A stretch of DNA of 64,000 nucleotides from Chiloscyllium plagiosum (GCF_004010195.1 NC_057718.1:896298-960297), one strand, 5' to 3'; shown: positions 1 through 13,791, counted from the first letter of the stretch. Notes: generated by a model not told the origin, from the sequence alone. Program-made: numbers and translations.

Positions 1-222
1 CTGAGGGAGTGCCGCACTGTCGGAGGGTCAGTACTGAGGGTGTGCCGTACTGTCGGAGGGTCAGCAGTGAGGGAATGCCGCACTGTCGGAGGGTCAGTGC
101 TGAGGGAGTGTTGATCTGTCAGTACTGAGGGAGTGCCGCACTGTTGGAGTGTCAGTGCTGAGGGAGTGCTGCACTGTCGGAGGGTCAGTGCTGAAGGAGT
201 GCTGCACTGTCGGAGGGTCAAT
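1..222. repeat. 33-bp minisatellite (ctgagggagtgccgcactgtcggagggtcagta)
   Basis: About 6-7 degenerate tandem units, cut by the window start. Confidence 0.9.
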
Positions 223-696
223 GATAGACATGAGCTGCATTGTTTCAAATGGCTGTTCACAGAATCAGAATTATTATGGTGCAGAAGGAGGCCATTCGGC
301 TCATTGTGCCAGTATCAGTTCTATTTCCCAGTGCCAATCTCTTGCCATTTCTGCATATCCCTGAACACTTTTTCTGCCCAAATCAGCACCCAATCCCCTC
401 TTGAATGCTGAGGTCTCCATGGAGGAACTGAAAGTCTCCTGATGGCCTGGCCAGTACCCTTCCCTCAAAATACGTTAAAGCTGATAAACAGCTCTTTCAC
501 TCCTCCTCATGTGTTGGATGTTGCTGTGTCTCAGATGTGTGAATGATGAAGGTCACTGAAGCGTTAGTTTATACTTTCTCCAGAAGTTCTCCCATTCCTC
601 CAGGTTACTCCAATGCTGCCACCTCCGTATTCCCCTCATCCCCCAAGCCAATGGTACAGTTATCTGATTGTCTTCCAACCCCTTGTGTTTTTTTAG

Positions 697-876
697 TGAA
701 TAGTGTCCCTTGGTTGAAGGAGAGCTCCAGGCGGAACAGCCACACTTTCAACTGCCGGATGTTGGTGCGAGGACTTGAGGAGGCAAATGCAGACAGTCAG
801 GAGAAGAGGCAGCAATATGAAATGATGCAGTGTTTTTCTGTCTCTCAGCCTAAGTCCATTAAGGAGGAAGGCAACG
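697..876 (+). CDS. NCOA1: NCOA1/SRC-1-like internal exon (PAS-A C-terminal part)
   Basis: ttttag| acceptor and G|gtaagt donor; 180 nt, phase 1-1. Encodes [23 protein letters not shown]...[16 protein letters not shown], matching the p160 motif [12 protein letters not shown]. Confidence 0.93.
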
Positions 877-1039
877 GTAAGTAGATTTTGGAGAACAGGC
901 TGGACGTGATGTTGGTTGGATGGTTGGGAATTGGTGGAATTCACCTTTTCACCCATTTCTCGCCATATTCCCTGTCTGCCAGCTAATCAGATGTTGTTGG
1001 GTCAAAATCCTAGAATTCCCTCCCTTTTTGTTGTACTTC

Positions 1040-2395
1040 ATCAAGGACATGGTGTCGCTAGCATTTATTGCCCATCCCTGTTGTAGTGAGCTGCCTTCTT
1101 GAATTACTGCAGTCCATGTGATGAGCCCTTCGGGGAGGAATTCCAGGATTTTGACTCAGCCACAGTGAAATAATCATGATATATTTCCATTTCAGGATGT
1201 TGACTGGCTTGGAGGGGAACTTTCAGGGGGTGATGTTCCCTTGTATCTGCTGCCCTTCTCCGTTTGGAAGGTGCTATCTATAGATCTTTATTTGGTGTAT
1301 TTCTGCAGTGCATCTTGTAGTTGCTGCCACCCTTGGGCGACTGTCTTTGGCGAGTTTGCACATTCTCCTTGTGCCTGCGTGGGTTTCCTCTGGGTGCTCC
1401 GGTTTCCCCCCTCAGTCCAAAGATCTGCAGGTTAGGTGAATTGGCTATGCTAAATTGCCTGTTGTGTTCAGGGATGTGTAGGTTGGGTACATTAGTTTTG
1501 GGAAATATAGAGTAATAGGGTAGGGGAATGGGTATGGGTGGGATATTCTTTGGAGGGTCGGTATGGACTTGTTGGGCCAAATGGCCTGTTTCAACACTGT
1601 AGGCATTCTATGATTCTATGATAATACACACTACTGTTACTGAGTGTTAGTGGTGGATGGAGTGGATGTTTGTGGATATGGTGCCAGTCAAGTGGGTTGC
1701 TTTCTCCTGGATAGTGTCAAGCTTCTTGATTGTTGTTGGAGCTATACCCATCTAGGCAACTGGGAAGTATTCCATCACACTCCTGATTTGTGCCTTGTAG
1801 GTGATGGAGAGACTTTGCAGAGTCAGGAGGTGAGTTACCCACTGCAGTATTCTTAGCCTCTGACCTGTTCTTGTAGCCACTGTGTTTATGTGGTGAGTCC
1901 AGTTGAGTTTCTGGTCAATGGTAACTCAAAGAATGTTGGTAGTTAGGTATTTAAGTGATGGTAAAACCACTGAATGTCAAGGGCTGGTGGTTAGATTATT
2001 TCTTACTGGAAATGATCATTGCCTGGCAAGTGTGTAGTGTGAATTTACTTGCCACTTGTCAGCCCTATCCTTGAAATTGTGTAGATCTTGTTGGCACTTG
2101 AACATGCACTGCTTCAGTAGTTGTGAATGATGCAGAATATTGTGCAACCATTGGCGAACATCCCCACATCTGACCTTATGATGGAAGGAAGGCCAATGAT
2201 GAAGCAGCTGCAGATGGTTGGACCTAGGGCACTACCCTGAGGGACTCCTGCAGCGATGTCCTGGAGCTGAGCTGAGTGACCTCCAGCAACCATAACCACC
2301 TTCCTATGTGCCAGGTATGACTCCAACCACCAGAGAGTTTGCCCCAACTCCAGTTTAATTAGGGCGCCTTGATGTCACACTCATTTGAATGGTCT
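1040..2395 (-). mobile_element. Decayed CR1/L2-group LINE 3' portion
   Basis: Minus ORF 2114-2347 reads AGVPQGSALGPTICSCFI (RT); same family as 49690-51365. Confidence 0.75.
1327..1622 (+). mobile_element. 5'-truncated V-SINE/HE1-type SINE nested in the LINE
   Basis: V-domain-like gggtttcctctgggtgctccggtttcc...agtccaaaga; CR1-type (ttctatga)n tail. Confidence 0.75.
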
Positions 2396-3030
2396 TTACA
2401 GAAAGTGGATAGGGGAGGGGAGGAAACTATATTTCTGGTGGTGGGGTCTGTTTGTAGGTGGCAGAAATGGTGGAGGATGATGCGTTGTATAAGGAGGTTG
2501 GGGTGGAATGTGAGGATGGGGGGGGTGTTCTGTCCTTGTTGCGGTTGGAGGGGTGGGGTTTGAGGGCGGGGGTGGAATTTGAGGGCGGAGGTGCAGGAAG
2601 TGCATGAGATGCGTTGAAGGGCATCTTCAACCACATGGGAGGGGAAATTGCTGTCTCTAAAGAAGGAGGCCATCTGCTGTGATCTGTGATGGAACTGGTT
2701 CTCCTGCGAGTAGATGCAGCAGAGGCGAAGGAATTGGGAATATGGAATAGAATTTTTGCAGAAGGTAGGGTGGGAAGAGGTGTCATCCAGGTAACTGTGG
2801 GAGTTAGTGGGTTTGTAGAAAATATCAGTGTTGAGTCAGTCATCGTTGATGGAGATGGAGAGGTCCAGCAAGGGGAGAGAGGTGTCAGAGATGGTCCAGA
2901 TGAATTTAAGGTCGGGATGGAATGTGTTGGTGAAGTTGATGAACTGGTCAACCTCCTCGTGGGAGCACGAGGTTGCACCGATGCAATCATTAATGTATCA
3001 GAGGAAAAGGTGGGGAGTGGTGCCAGTGTA
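2396..3030 (-). mobile_element. Penelope-like element fragment (RT C-terminal part)
   Basis: Homologous to 53435-54161 and 16571-17107; MASFFRDSNFPSHVVEDALQRIS. Confidence 0.75.
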
Positions 3031-3431
3031 CCTTCTCCTTTAGTGCATTGTTTAATTCCCTCCATAATGACACTGTGGGGCTACCTGTAGCACATGGATT
3101 GCAGCGGTTCAAGCAGGCAGCTCATCACCAACTTTTCAGGAACAACAAGAGATCTACAGCAAATGCTGCCCCAGCCACTGATGCTCAATTCTCAAGAATG
3201 AAAAAATGGAACAAAAAACGCTGTTTTAGGAAGCCTAAGGTAAAGCTAGCATTTGCAGAGAGCCGGAGATCTGCAGGAGAACTGTACCTGCAGTACATAT
3301 GTACCACTGTCAGTGGAGGGGATAACTCATTCTTTGGGGAGAACCAGCTACAGTCTCATACTTTTCTTTTTGCTGGTAATTGATGGGCATCCATCTGATT
3401 CTAAAGGCTGTTTGTTTGCATTGGTCAACAG

Positions 3432-3527
3432 ATCTGCAGTCCTGTTTGATTTGCATAGCCCGCAAATTGCCGAAACCCCAGCTTGCTCCTGTGCCTGAGA
3501 CATTCATCACTAAACAGGACACAACAG
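3432..3527 (+). CDS. NCOA1: NCOA1-like internal exon (PAS-A/PAS-B linker)
   Basis: aacag| acceptor and G|gtaagg donor; 96 nt, phase 1-1. Encodes DLQSCLICIARKLPKPQLAPVPETFITKQDTTG. Not in the ORF track; read by hand. Confidence 0.92.
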
Positions 3528-3952
3528 GTAAGGACAGACACTCTGACAAAGGATAGGTGCAATACTTTGATCTGAAGTGTATATGTAGAATGCTGAAGTG
3601 GGGAGAACAGAACCTAGACATTCGGAATAAGGGGGAAAGGAGAATGAGTATGCAGTGTTATTGGGGAATCCTTGCAATAGATTGTGTCAAATGCAAAGAA
3701 AAGAAGGGAAGGAAGTTAAATAATGGAAGAACTTGAGAAATGGGAGCAGGAGTAGGCCATTCAATGCCTCAAGCTTGCTCTCCAGTTAGATTATGACTGA
3801 TCTGATTGTGGCCTCAACTTTACATTCCTGTCCATCCCTCACAAACTTCAAACCCCTTGCCAATCAGAAATCTGTCCAATGCAGCCTTGAGTATTTCAAT
3901 TGCCTTGCTTCCATTGCTCTCTCAAGGTAGAAAATTCTAAACACTAATGACC

Positions 3953-5475
3953 CTGGATGTGGGTTTGCTCGCTGAGCTGTAAGGTTCAGTTTCAACATTT
4001 CGTCACCATACTAGGTAACATCTTAAGTGAACCTCCGGATGAAGCACTGGTGGTGTAGCCTGCTTTCTATTTGTGTTTGGGTTTCCTTGGGTTGGTGACA
4101 TCACTTCCTGTGGTGACACTATTTCCTATGGTGATGTCATTTCCTGTTCTTTTTCTTAGAGGTGGTAAATGGGATCCAAGTCAATGTGTTTATTGATAGA
4201 GTTCCAGTTGGAATGCTATGCTTCTAGGAATTCTCATGTGTGACTCTGTTTGTCTTGTCCTAGGATGGATGTGTTGTCCCAGTCGAAGTGGTGTCCTTCC
4301 TCATCTGTATGTAAGGATACTTGTGAGAGTGGGTCATGTTGTTTTGTGGCCAGTTGATGTTCATGTATCATGGTGGCTAGTTTTCTGCCTGTTTGTCCAA
4401 TGTAGTGTTTGTTACAGTTCTTGCAAGGTATTTTGTAAATGATATTAGTTTTGCTTGTTGTCTGTATAGGGTTTTTCAATAGCTGCTGTTTTAGTGTGTT
4501 GGTGGGTTTGTGGGCTACCATGATGCCAAGGGGTCTGAGTATTCTGGCAGTAATTTTTGAGATGTCTTTGATGTAGGGGGGAGCGGCTAGGGTTTCTGGA
4601 CGTGTTTTGTCTGCTTGTTTGGGTTTGATGCTGAGAAATCGATGGACTGTGTTCATTGGGTACCCGTTCTTTTTGAATACACTGTGTAGGTGATTTTCCT
4701 CTGCTCTATGTAGTTCCTCTGTGCTGCAGTATGTGGTGGCTCGTTGAAATAATGTTCTGATGCAGCTTCGTTTATGGATGTTAGGATGATTGCGTCTGTA
4801 GTTCAATAATTGGTCCGTATGTGTTGTTTTCCTGTAGATGCTGGTTTGAAGTTGCCCATTGGCTGTTGGTTCTACTGTGACATCTAGGAATGGTAGTTTG
4901 TTGCTGTTTTCCTCCTTTTATTTTATGCCAGTAAGGGTATTGTTGATGGTCTTGAAGGTTTCTTCTAATTTGTTTTGTTTAGTGATGACAAAGGTGTCAT
5001 CCACGTAGTGGACCCAGAGTTTGGGTTGGATGGTTGGCAGAGCTGTTTGTTTGAGTCTCTGCATTACTGCCTCTGCTAAGAACCCTGATATTGGAGATCC
5101 CATGGGTGTTCCATTGGTTTGTCTGTAGGTTTTGTTGTTGAAGGTGAAGTGGATGGTAAGGCATAGGTCCACTAGCTTGATGATACCGTCCTTGCTGATG
5201 AAGTTGGTGGTGTTTGGTGTATGTGTCTTTGGTAGTTCTAATAATGTAGTCAGTGTTTCCTTGGTTGATGTTGATGTTGATGGATGTGAACAGGGCTGTT
5301 ACATCAAAGGAGACCATTATTTCGCCCTCTTCTATCTTGGTGTCTTTGGTCTTCCGGAATTCTTGGGTGGAGTGGATGGAGTGGCGTGAGTCTTCTACTA
5401 TTGTTTTAGTCTTTGGTGTAGCTCCAAAGAGGTGTTTTTCTGACTGGAGGTCTGCGACCAGTGGTGTTTGCAAGG
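3953..5475 (-). mobile_element. Penelope-like element (RT plus GIY-YIG endonuclease), frameshifted
   Basis: SFDVTALFTSI, GTPMGSPISG and YVDDTF RT motifs; IIYKIPCKNCNKHYIGQTGR GIY-YIG; degenerate hammerhead-like motif at about 3983-4035. Confidence 0.9.
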
Positions 5476-5937
5476 ATTAGTACAGAAACTACTATTGTTT
5501 GTCATATTTATAAATGGTTTGATTAGAAATGTCGATGGTCTGATTAGTAAGTTTGGAGATGACATGAAAGTTGGTAGACTTGTGGATGGTGAGGAAGGAT
5601 ATCAGAGGATGCAGTGGGATATAGATCAGTTGGAAAGTTGAGCAGAGAAATGGCAGGTGGAATTTAATCTGAACAAGAGTGAGATGATGTATTTTGGGAG
5701 GTCAAATGCAGGAGGAAAGTATACAGGAAATGGCTGAGTCCTCAGGAGCATTGATGTTCAGAGGGATCTTGGAATCCAAGTCCATAGTTTCCTGAAAGTG
5801 GCAACACAAGTGGATAAGGTGGTAAATTAGGCATATGGCACAGTCATGGCATTGAGTATAACATTTGGCAAGTCGTGCAGCAATTTTATAAGGATTTATA
5901 AAGGCCACATTTGGAGTTTTGTTCTGGATGTAGAGGT

Positions 5938-6640
5938 TATTATGACACAGGGGAAACCCTTCTGCTAATTTATACCAGACACACAACAGAAAATCTCATC
6001 TTGCCTCGTAATCTGTTAAAGTGAGAGTGACAAAGGACTACCCAAATTCCATTACGTAAAGAAAAACAGTTTATTCTTTAACTCCAAGAAGAGGACATTA
6101 ACCAACAACTGTGTACACTGTAGGCCTCCTTTGTCTGATCGATTTATCTACCTCCCACTGTACAAAAATATACTGATTCGATAAGAATCTCGATTATGAT
6201 TACAAAATTCAAGTTTCAAAACCAGCCAGCTGTCAATCTTCCTCTGTAGAGTTTTTGGTGTCTTTTCTTTGGTCTTCTGTTGCACAGGTCTTTCATTGAT
6301 AAAGGTACCTTTCAGAGAGTGGGTCTGTGGGCAGTCTATATTGGTGCTCTTTGCCTCTCTGGCTAGCTGTTCAAAATACCTGATTTTTATTCCCCAAAAC
6401 ATCAGATTGCCTCATTGGTTTGATGTCATCAAAACAGTAAAATTCAAATTCAATTATGTTTTTATACCTTGGGGCATAAACCGATTGGCGAAATTCGAAT
6501 TGTTATGGGACATAGCACCTCAGCTCAGTTATTTGTTTCATAGCTAAATGTTGCAGTTTTCAATTTTTCAGCGCACTCTGCTTGCTAGGTCCTTGCCAGC
6601 TTTCACTCTCCCTTAACCCTTCACTCTCCCAAGCCTACGT
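5938..6640 (-). repeat. 3' LTR of the Gypsy element
   Basis: Colinear with 11762-12446; adjacent PPT-like ttaagggggg on the minus strand (6641-6650). Confidence 0.85.
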
Positions 6641-7226
6641 CCCCCCTTAAGAAAAAAGTGAACCATCATAATGAAAAGATGGTTTCATTTTATTTCTATT
6701 TCTTAACCATGTTACCATGACATACACAGGACTTTAATCTAAGTTCATATTAACTTCTGCCCACATTTATATAATGTTGGTATCTATTCAATCTCATCTA
6801 TACTTTATCAGCAAAATCCATGATAACACATCTGCTATTGCATTCTTACAACCTGCAATATGTATGAATTGTAAATTAAAAGTCTGTAACATAAGACTCC
6901 GATGAAATAATCTCATGTTCTTGTCTTTAAATCATTCCAAGAATGTAAGTGGATTGTGATCTGTGTACAGAACTGACTCTGACACATAGCTCGTGAAATT
7001 CTTTTTCGATCGGAGGGTATTTTCTCTGGTGGGTGTTGAGTTTCTTTGAGAAATAACTAACTGGCACAAAATTACATCATCATCTTCCTGTAGCAGTATA
7101 GCTGCAATTCCTATGTCACCAGCATCAATTGCAACTTTGAAGGGTTTCAAAAAGCTTGATGTAGCTAAAACTGGTGCAGTGGTTAGTACTGCTTTTAAAT
7201 TGTCAACTGCCTCCTGGTATTGTTCT

Positions 7227-7364
7227 AGGCGAAAGTGGGTACTGCAGTTGCTGGAGATTAGAGTCAAGATTAGAGTAGTGCTGGAAAAGCACAGCAGGTC
7301 AGGCAGCATTTGAGGAGGGCAAAAATCGACATTTTGGGCAAAAACCTTCATCAGGAATGAGGGC
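7227..7364 (-). mobile_element. Short PLE-derived hammerhead-type element inserted in Gypsy pol
   Basis: TSD attgttct at 7219-7226 and 7365-7372; minus strand reads ctgatgaaggtttttgcccaaaatgtc (degenerate core). Confidence 0.8.
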
Positions 7365-10300
7365 ATTGTTCTGTCCACCGAAATATTGTGTTCTTCTTTA
7401 GCAAATCTGTTAATGGTACCACTACGCTACTGAAGTTTGGAACAACTTTCCGGAAGAATCCACTGAGTACCTCCTTCTTTGAGGTTGGTCATGGAAATTC
7501 CTCGATGGCCTTCGTCTTTGCATTCCATGGGGTCAACCTTCCATGACCGATGTTCTGTCCCAAGAACGTCACCTCTGCTTTCGCAAATTCAGTTTTGTTT
7601 CTCATAATCAGTCAAAGAGCTATGCCAACTGTACCATGTGACCTTCCCAGGATTCACTAAGGTCACTACATCGTCCAAATAGACTGCACAGTTTGTTAAC
7701 TCAATCACAACTCTGTTCATGAGTCTTTGGAATGTGACAGATGTGTTCTTCATTCCAAAAGACATCACTTTGAATTGATATAGCCCATTTGGGGTTACAA
7801 ATGCAGAAATTTCTTTGGCTTTGTCTGATTAAACGTATCTGCCAGTAACCATGCAGTAGGTCCAACTTCGGAATGTAACTGGCTTATCCAACTTTCTCGA
7901 TACAGTCTTCTAATCTCGGTATTGGGTATGAGTCTGATTTTGTTACGGCATTGACCTTCCGATAGTCCACACAAAATCGTTGAGTCCTGTCAGGTTTTAG
8001 AACTAAGATGATCAGCGAACTCCACTCGCTCTGACTTGGTTCGATGATATCTTTGTTGAGCATGGCCTCCACTTCCTTCTAGACCTGTCTGGCTTTGAAA
8101 GGATTAAGCCGATCGGGGTGTAGTTTTATTGGAACAGCATTCCCTATGTCTACCTCATACACAATAGCATTAGTCCTCCCCATCTTATTCCTGCATATAT
8201 CCTCATACTGCTGTAACAAACCTTTCAGCTGCATTCTTTGCTCCTGAGACAGATAGTAAACTAAGCTATCCCACTCCTCAAGGCCTTCCTTATTGTTTAA
8301 CATATTTTGAGGTACATCAAACTCCACAACTTCTGGATTTGATTCCTCACTCTGCAGGGCAGTAACTAACACCTGTTTCTCCAATTCTTTCTCTCTAGTA
8401 TAATAAGGTTTCAAAATATTCACATGACATACCTGATGCAGTTTTTTCCTGTCTGATTCTTAACCGGATATTTCACTTGTCTCAACGTTTTTTCAATTTG
8501 ATAGGGGCCACTAAACCTAGCTTTGAAGGGATATCCTATCACTGGTAGCAATACTAATATGTCATCTCCACGGGAAAACTTCCAAATTGCAGAGACTTTA
8601 TCTGCCACCTGCTTCATTCTATGCTGTGCTCTCGTTCGATGCTGTTTAGCTAACTTACCTACACGATTTAATCTCTGCCTCACCTTAGATACATAATCCA
8701 AGTGTGAGACCTCCGACTTTGGTCCTGTCAATTTTTCTTTAATTAATTTCAAAGGGCCTCTCACTTCATGTCCGAATATTAACTCAGAGGGAGTGAACTG
8801 AGTAGATTCGTTTGGGGCATCTCTAATGGTAAACAGTACGACTGAGATAACTTTATCCCCATCATTCTGTTAATCCTGACAGTACGCTCTTAATATAGTC
8901 TTCAGGGTCTGATGCCAACTTTCCAAAGCTCCCTGGGATTCAGGATGATGCGCACTTTAAATCAAGAGCTTTATACCTAAGCTATCCATGACTTCCTGAA
9001 ACAGCCTAGTGGTAAAGTTTGACCCTTGGTCTGACTGAATCTCTCTGGGTAGCCCATACCGTGTGAAGAAAGCTACTAACTCCTCTACCACCTTTTTTGT
9101 CTTCACACTCTGTAATGGAATTGCCTCCGGAAATCTGGTAGACACATCCATTATGGTTAACAAGTATTGGTTCTCAGTTTTAGTTCTCAGGAGGGGACCT
9201 ACACAATCAATTATAACCCACGTGAAAGATTCTTCGAATGCCGAAATTGGCAACAAATGTGCTACTGCCTGTGGCTTACCTACCATTTGGCATGTATGAC
9301 ATGTACGGCAAAAGTTAGCCACATCCTTTTGCATTTCATGCCAATAAAAATGTTTTTGTATCTTAGTATTGAGTCTTTCGTATAACTAGGTAACCTCCTA
9401 CATTAGTTCATGTGCTACCTGTAACACTTACTGTCTGTATGCTACCGGCAACACAATCTGGTGCACTTCGGCCCATTTCTCCTCTGCACTAACCTGCCGT
9501 CGTCTCCATTTTCATCTTAGAATTCTATTTTTGAGATAATAACCCTCAGGAATATTCTCTGCCTCCTTTTCTGAGTACTCATCAACATATGTATGTTTTA
9601 TTGTCTCGTCTTTCTGTTGTATGACCCTCAGCCTATTCAGACTTTTCCTGTACCATTACGTCAAACACAGTGTCTGTTAACTGAACCTGAACTCCTTCAT
9701 CTTTCTCTTTAGTTCTTGCTTCGTGCTATGACTTATGATAGTTGGATTTTGTTGCAACACAGTCTGGAAAAACACCAGGGCATTTTTCTTTTAACTCCTC
9801 AGTTCCCTGGTCTTCCTTGGGCTTTACCACAACAAGGGGTGTCACTCCCACCTTGGACCCTGCTAAATTGTTCCCAAATACTAACTGGATTCCTGGAAAT
9901 GACACTGTTAATCACTCCCACTGTTCTTTCCCAGTCTTGAGTTGGCAATCCAACTTGATCTTACATAGGGAAACGCTACATTTCTGTCCATCTATCCCGA
10001 AAATTACCACTCTGTCGGGTAACAGGTCAGAAAGTGTGCAAATATGTTCATCTCTTACTGTTAGAGACTGGTTAGATTCTGCATCTCTCAAAATTATAAC
10101 TTTGTGCCCTTCTCCCCCTGTGCTTTCTGAGTAAACTTTACCCACAGAGGCAAATTCTTTATGGAGGTCAGGCACTAGCTCCATGCCCAATCCCTGTCGT
10201 GGCTGTGCACTCTCCTGCAGCTCCTCAATGTTTCTTGGGGTCTCCTTCACTACTTTCACTAATGCCACTGGCTTAGCTTCTTTTACCACATCTTTTCCCA

Positions 10301-11303
10301 CACTTTCTGGCAGTGAGATCACCTTTTCCCAATGCCCTGCTGAAACCACCGGCACTGTGATTTTCTGTGTCCCACTCCATTATAGTGAAAACCCCTGAGG
10401 CCTTTCACCACCTTTCTACCCTGTTGGGCTTCTTTTATGACCTGTGGTAAACACTTACCAGTTTTCTCTACTCTTTGTTTCATAGCGTAGGATCTCCCCT
10501 TCTTCCAACTTCCAGCCCTCCACAGGATGAAATTCTTGCCGGAAGCTTGTCTTATGCATCAATATGTATTCATCTGCTAATTATTGCTCTTCTCACTTCC
10601 TGAACTTTCTGTAGATCCATATGAATTCTTAGCATCTCCGGAAGTGAGTTTTTAAACTCCTCCAGCAGAATAATCTCTCTTAGAGCCTCAAATGTCCTAT
10701 CTATTTTCAAAGCACAGACCCATCGATCAAAATTACTATGTTTAATTCTTTCAAACTCAACAGAAATGTGACCTGGTTCCTTTTTTGTGTTTCTGAACTG
10801 CTGCCTATATGCTTCTGGTACCAATTCATATGCACTTAAAATAGCCTGTTTACCTTCTTCATAATCTCTTGACCCCCTTGTCTGTCAATGCTGCAAATAC
10901 CTAATTACCTCTGCCTACCAATTTAGTCTAAACTAGCCTTGCACAAATCCTCGGACCACTCCATCTGCCTTGCCAATTTTTCAAATGAAATAAAGAAGGC
11001 TTCAACATCTTTAGAGTTTTAACATATTGTATATGCCACTACCTTCTCTCTTCATCTCCATCCTGTTAACTTTGCTGACTAAGTTGCAATTTCTGAAGTT
11101 CAAACTCTCTCACCATTTCTCTTTGTCTTGTCTCTTTTTCTCTCTCCCCTTTTTCTCTCTCTGCTTAGCTAAGAAGCTTCTCTCTTTATTTTTCCTCTTT
11201 CTCTTTCTTCTCTCTCTCTCTCTCTCTACCCCTTTGATTATCTTCTCACTCCATTTTTCTCAATTGTAATTTAAATTTTTCTAACTCTACCGCACTTGTC
11301 TGT

Positions 11304-11397
11304 TCCTGATGAAGGGCTTTTGCCTGAAACGTCGATTTTTGTGCTCCTTAGATGCTGCCTAACCTGCTGTGCTTTTCCAGCACCACTTTAATCCAGA
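11304..11397 (+). mobile_element. Short PLE-derived element with hammerhead-type core, inside the Gypsy gag region
   Basis: CTGATGA-agggc-tttt-gcct-GAAAC-GTC from 11306, followed by the shared gatgctgcct...cttttccagcaccac tail. Confidence 0.75.
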
Positions 11398-11761
11398 CCC
11401 CTGTTTCTCTGACACACCTAAGTGTTTGAGTAATTTCAGCTTTACTTTTGTCCTTGGTTAAATCCAATTCTAACCTCTTTGCTAATTCTAAAAGTAAGGT
11501 CTTTTTTTTTCTTTCTAAACTTTCTTGGCACATTTAGGAATCATTTTCTAAACCCAGAACCTCTTTAGCAATTTTCAGAACCATTTCTCTCACTTTTAAT
11601 TTCACCAACCACAAATAACCGAAATTAACCAAATTGTCTCACCTTTGTTTATATAAAGATCAAGGACATGAGCTGGCAAGTGTCTAAATCTGCAGAATCT
11701 GTCCACGTCTCAGACTGGATCTGTCTAAACATGTCCAAATCATGATCCCGAGTTCCCAAAC

Positions 11762-12446
11762 TGTTTTGACACTGGGTAAACCTCTCTGCTAATTTAAACC
11801 AGACACATAGAATAGCTCATCTCGCCTTGTAATCTGTTAAAGTATGAGTGACAACGAACTCCAAATTCCACTATTTAAAGAAAAAATAACAGTTTATTCT
11901 TTAACTCCATGAAGAGAACATTAAACAACAACTGTGTATACTGTAGGTCTCATTTGTCTGATCGATTTATCGACCTCCCACTCTCCAACAATATACTGAT
12001 TCGATAAAAACCTCGATTAAGATTACAAAAAAAAATTCAAGTTTCAAAACCAGCTAGCTTACAATCTTCCTGTGTAGATTTTCTGGTGTCTTTTCTTTGG
12101 TCTTCTGTTGCACAGGTCTTTCATTGATAAAGGCACCTTTCAGAGAGTGGGTCTGTGGGCAGTCTGTATTGGTGCTCTTTGCCTCTCTGGCTAACTGTTC
12201 AAAATGCCTGATTTTTATTCCCAGAACATTGGATCGTCTCATTGGTTTGATGTCAAAACAGTAAAGTTCAAATTAATTTGGTTTTAGTATCTTGGGGCAT
12301 AATTTTAACTGGCTAAATTTGAATTGTTGTGGGACATAGCAGCTCAGCTCAGGTATTTGTTTCACAGCCAAATGTTACATTTTAAAATCTTTCAGCACAC
12401 TCTGTGCTTGCTAGTCCAGTTTTCACTCTCCCTCCACTTCATAACA
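11762..12446 (-). repeat. 5' LTR of the Gypsy element
   Basis: tgttttgac...cataaca termini; followed on the minus strand by degenerate PBS-like tgggaactcgggatc. Confidence 0.87.
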
Positions 12447-13791
12447 GGGCCTTGAAGAGGGTGCAAAAGAGGTTTACCAGGATGCTGCCTAGATTGGAGT
12501 GTATTAACAATAAGCAGAGTTTGGATACATTGGATTGTTTTGCAATAGCGTTGGAGGTTGAGAGACCACTTGATAGAAGTATATAAAGTTATGAGGGGCA
12601 TGAATAAGAGGGATAGTCAGAGTATCTTTCCTAGTGTTGAAATGTCAAATACGAGGCGCATAGGTTTAAGGTGAGAAGGGAAAAATTTAAAGGAGATTTA
12701 CGAGGTAAGTTTTTTACACAAGGTGGTAGGTGCCTGGAATGTGCTGCCAGGGGAGGTGATAGAAACGATATGTTAGCAAAGTTTAACGGGCATTTAGACA
12801 GACACATGAATAGGCCGAGAATAGGGGGGTATGGACCATGGAAAAGATTACGTTAGTCTGCTGCATAACAATTCCTACCCTCCCACCTCCCCCCTCCCCC
12901 CCAACCACCATCCTGCAGCTTCTACACTTTGATAGAAACTTTAGTACATTGGAATATTGAGCTACTATTCTTGTCCTTCTTTCAACTGTGTCTCAGTAAT
13001 TCCAACAATATCATACTTCTATGTGCTGATTAAAGCTCAGAGTTCAAGTTTGATCTTTAATCCCGTCAATTTCCCAACAGCTTTTCCCCTGCTCATACTG
13101 ATTTCCTTTATTTTCTCTCTCTCACTTGACCATGTGTTCACCAACAGTTTTGGAACATAACTTGTGTCTTTCTTTGTGAATACAGAACCAAAATGCATTA
13201 TGTGCTTAGTCTGCCTCCTCTTTCGATCCCGTAATAACTTTCCAGTTTCTGGCAGTAAAGACATTTCTCTTCATTAATCATTTTCTGTTCACATAACCAT
13301 GGAACCCTGGCTGTCTTTTCTCATCAAGCTTTCTCTCTAACCCTGCTTTCCCCTGTTAACCAATCCCTTTTTTCTCCTCTGCTGCAATGCTGTCTGCGGG
13401 ACACACTTCCCAGTCTTTGTTCCAACCTAGAGTCTGTTCTGCTTTTCATGGTTGATCTTTGTTAATTCTCTCTAACCATTTTTAGTTGGTTTCCCTTAAT
13501 ACCCTTGTCCAAAAATAACCATTCAGCTTCAGTTTTGAAATTTGCATCTGGCCCCCAGCAACCAGAGCCCTTTGGGAAGATTGTCAGAAACATCTGTTTC
13601 TGTTAATCGAGAAGCAGTTGGTGTTCCACTTCTAGAGGGCTTAGCTTCAATATTAAGATGGTGCCTCCCTATTTTGGACACTCAGAAGAAATAATTTCTC
13701 TTTTCCCCCAAATAAATACAAGATCTCAAATAGCTCTTATAACTTCTATGCAAAATAGAGTTCAAGGCTAGTTTATTCAATCAATCAGTCC

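Larger units (their letters stand above)
5938..12446 (-). mobile_element. Gmr1-type Ty3/Gypsy LTR retrotransposon, full-length but decayed
   Basis: Two similar LTRs. Minus-strand order: SCAN-like gag (10570-10824), protease-like (ILRDAES), integrase (CRTCHTCQ, IDCVGP, SDQGSNF; 8957-9334), RT (FCVDYRKVN; YLDD at 7670-7681), RNase H (AIDAGDIGIAAIL, YTDHNPL). Many stops and frameshifts. Confidence 0.92.
5500..12855 (+). mobile_element. CR1 LINE 3' fragment split by the Gypsy insertion (5500-5937 and 12447-12855)
   Basis: SKF-DD-K-G and KWQVEFN before the LTR; resumes with ALKRVQKRFTRMLP after it. Confidence 0.8.

Noticed and set aside
10570..10824. Host SCAN zinc-finger gene
   Set aside because: It lies between LTRs upstream of pol, with no C2H2 array; it is retrotransposon gag.
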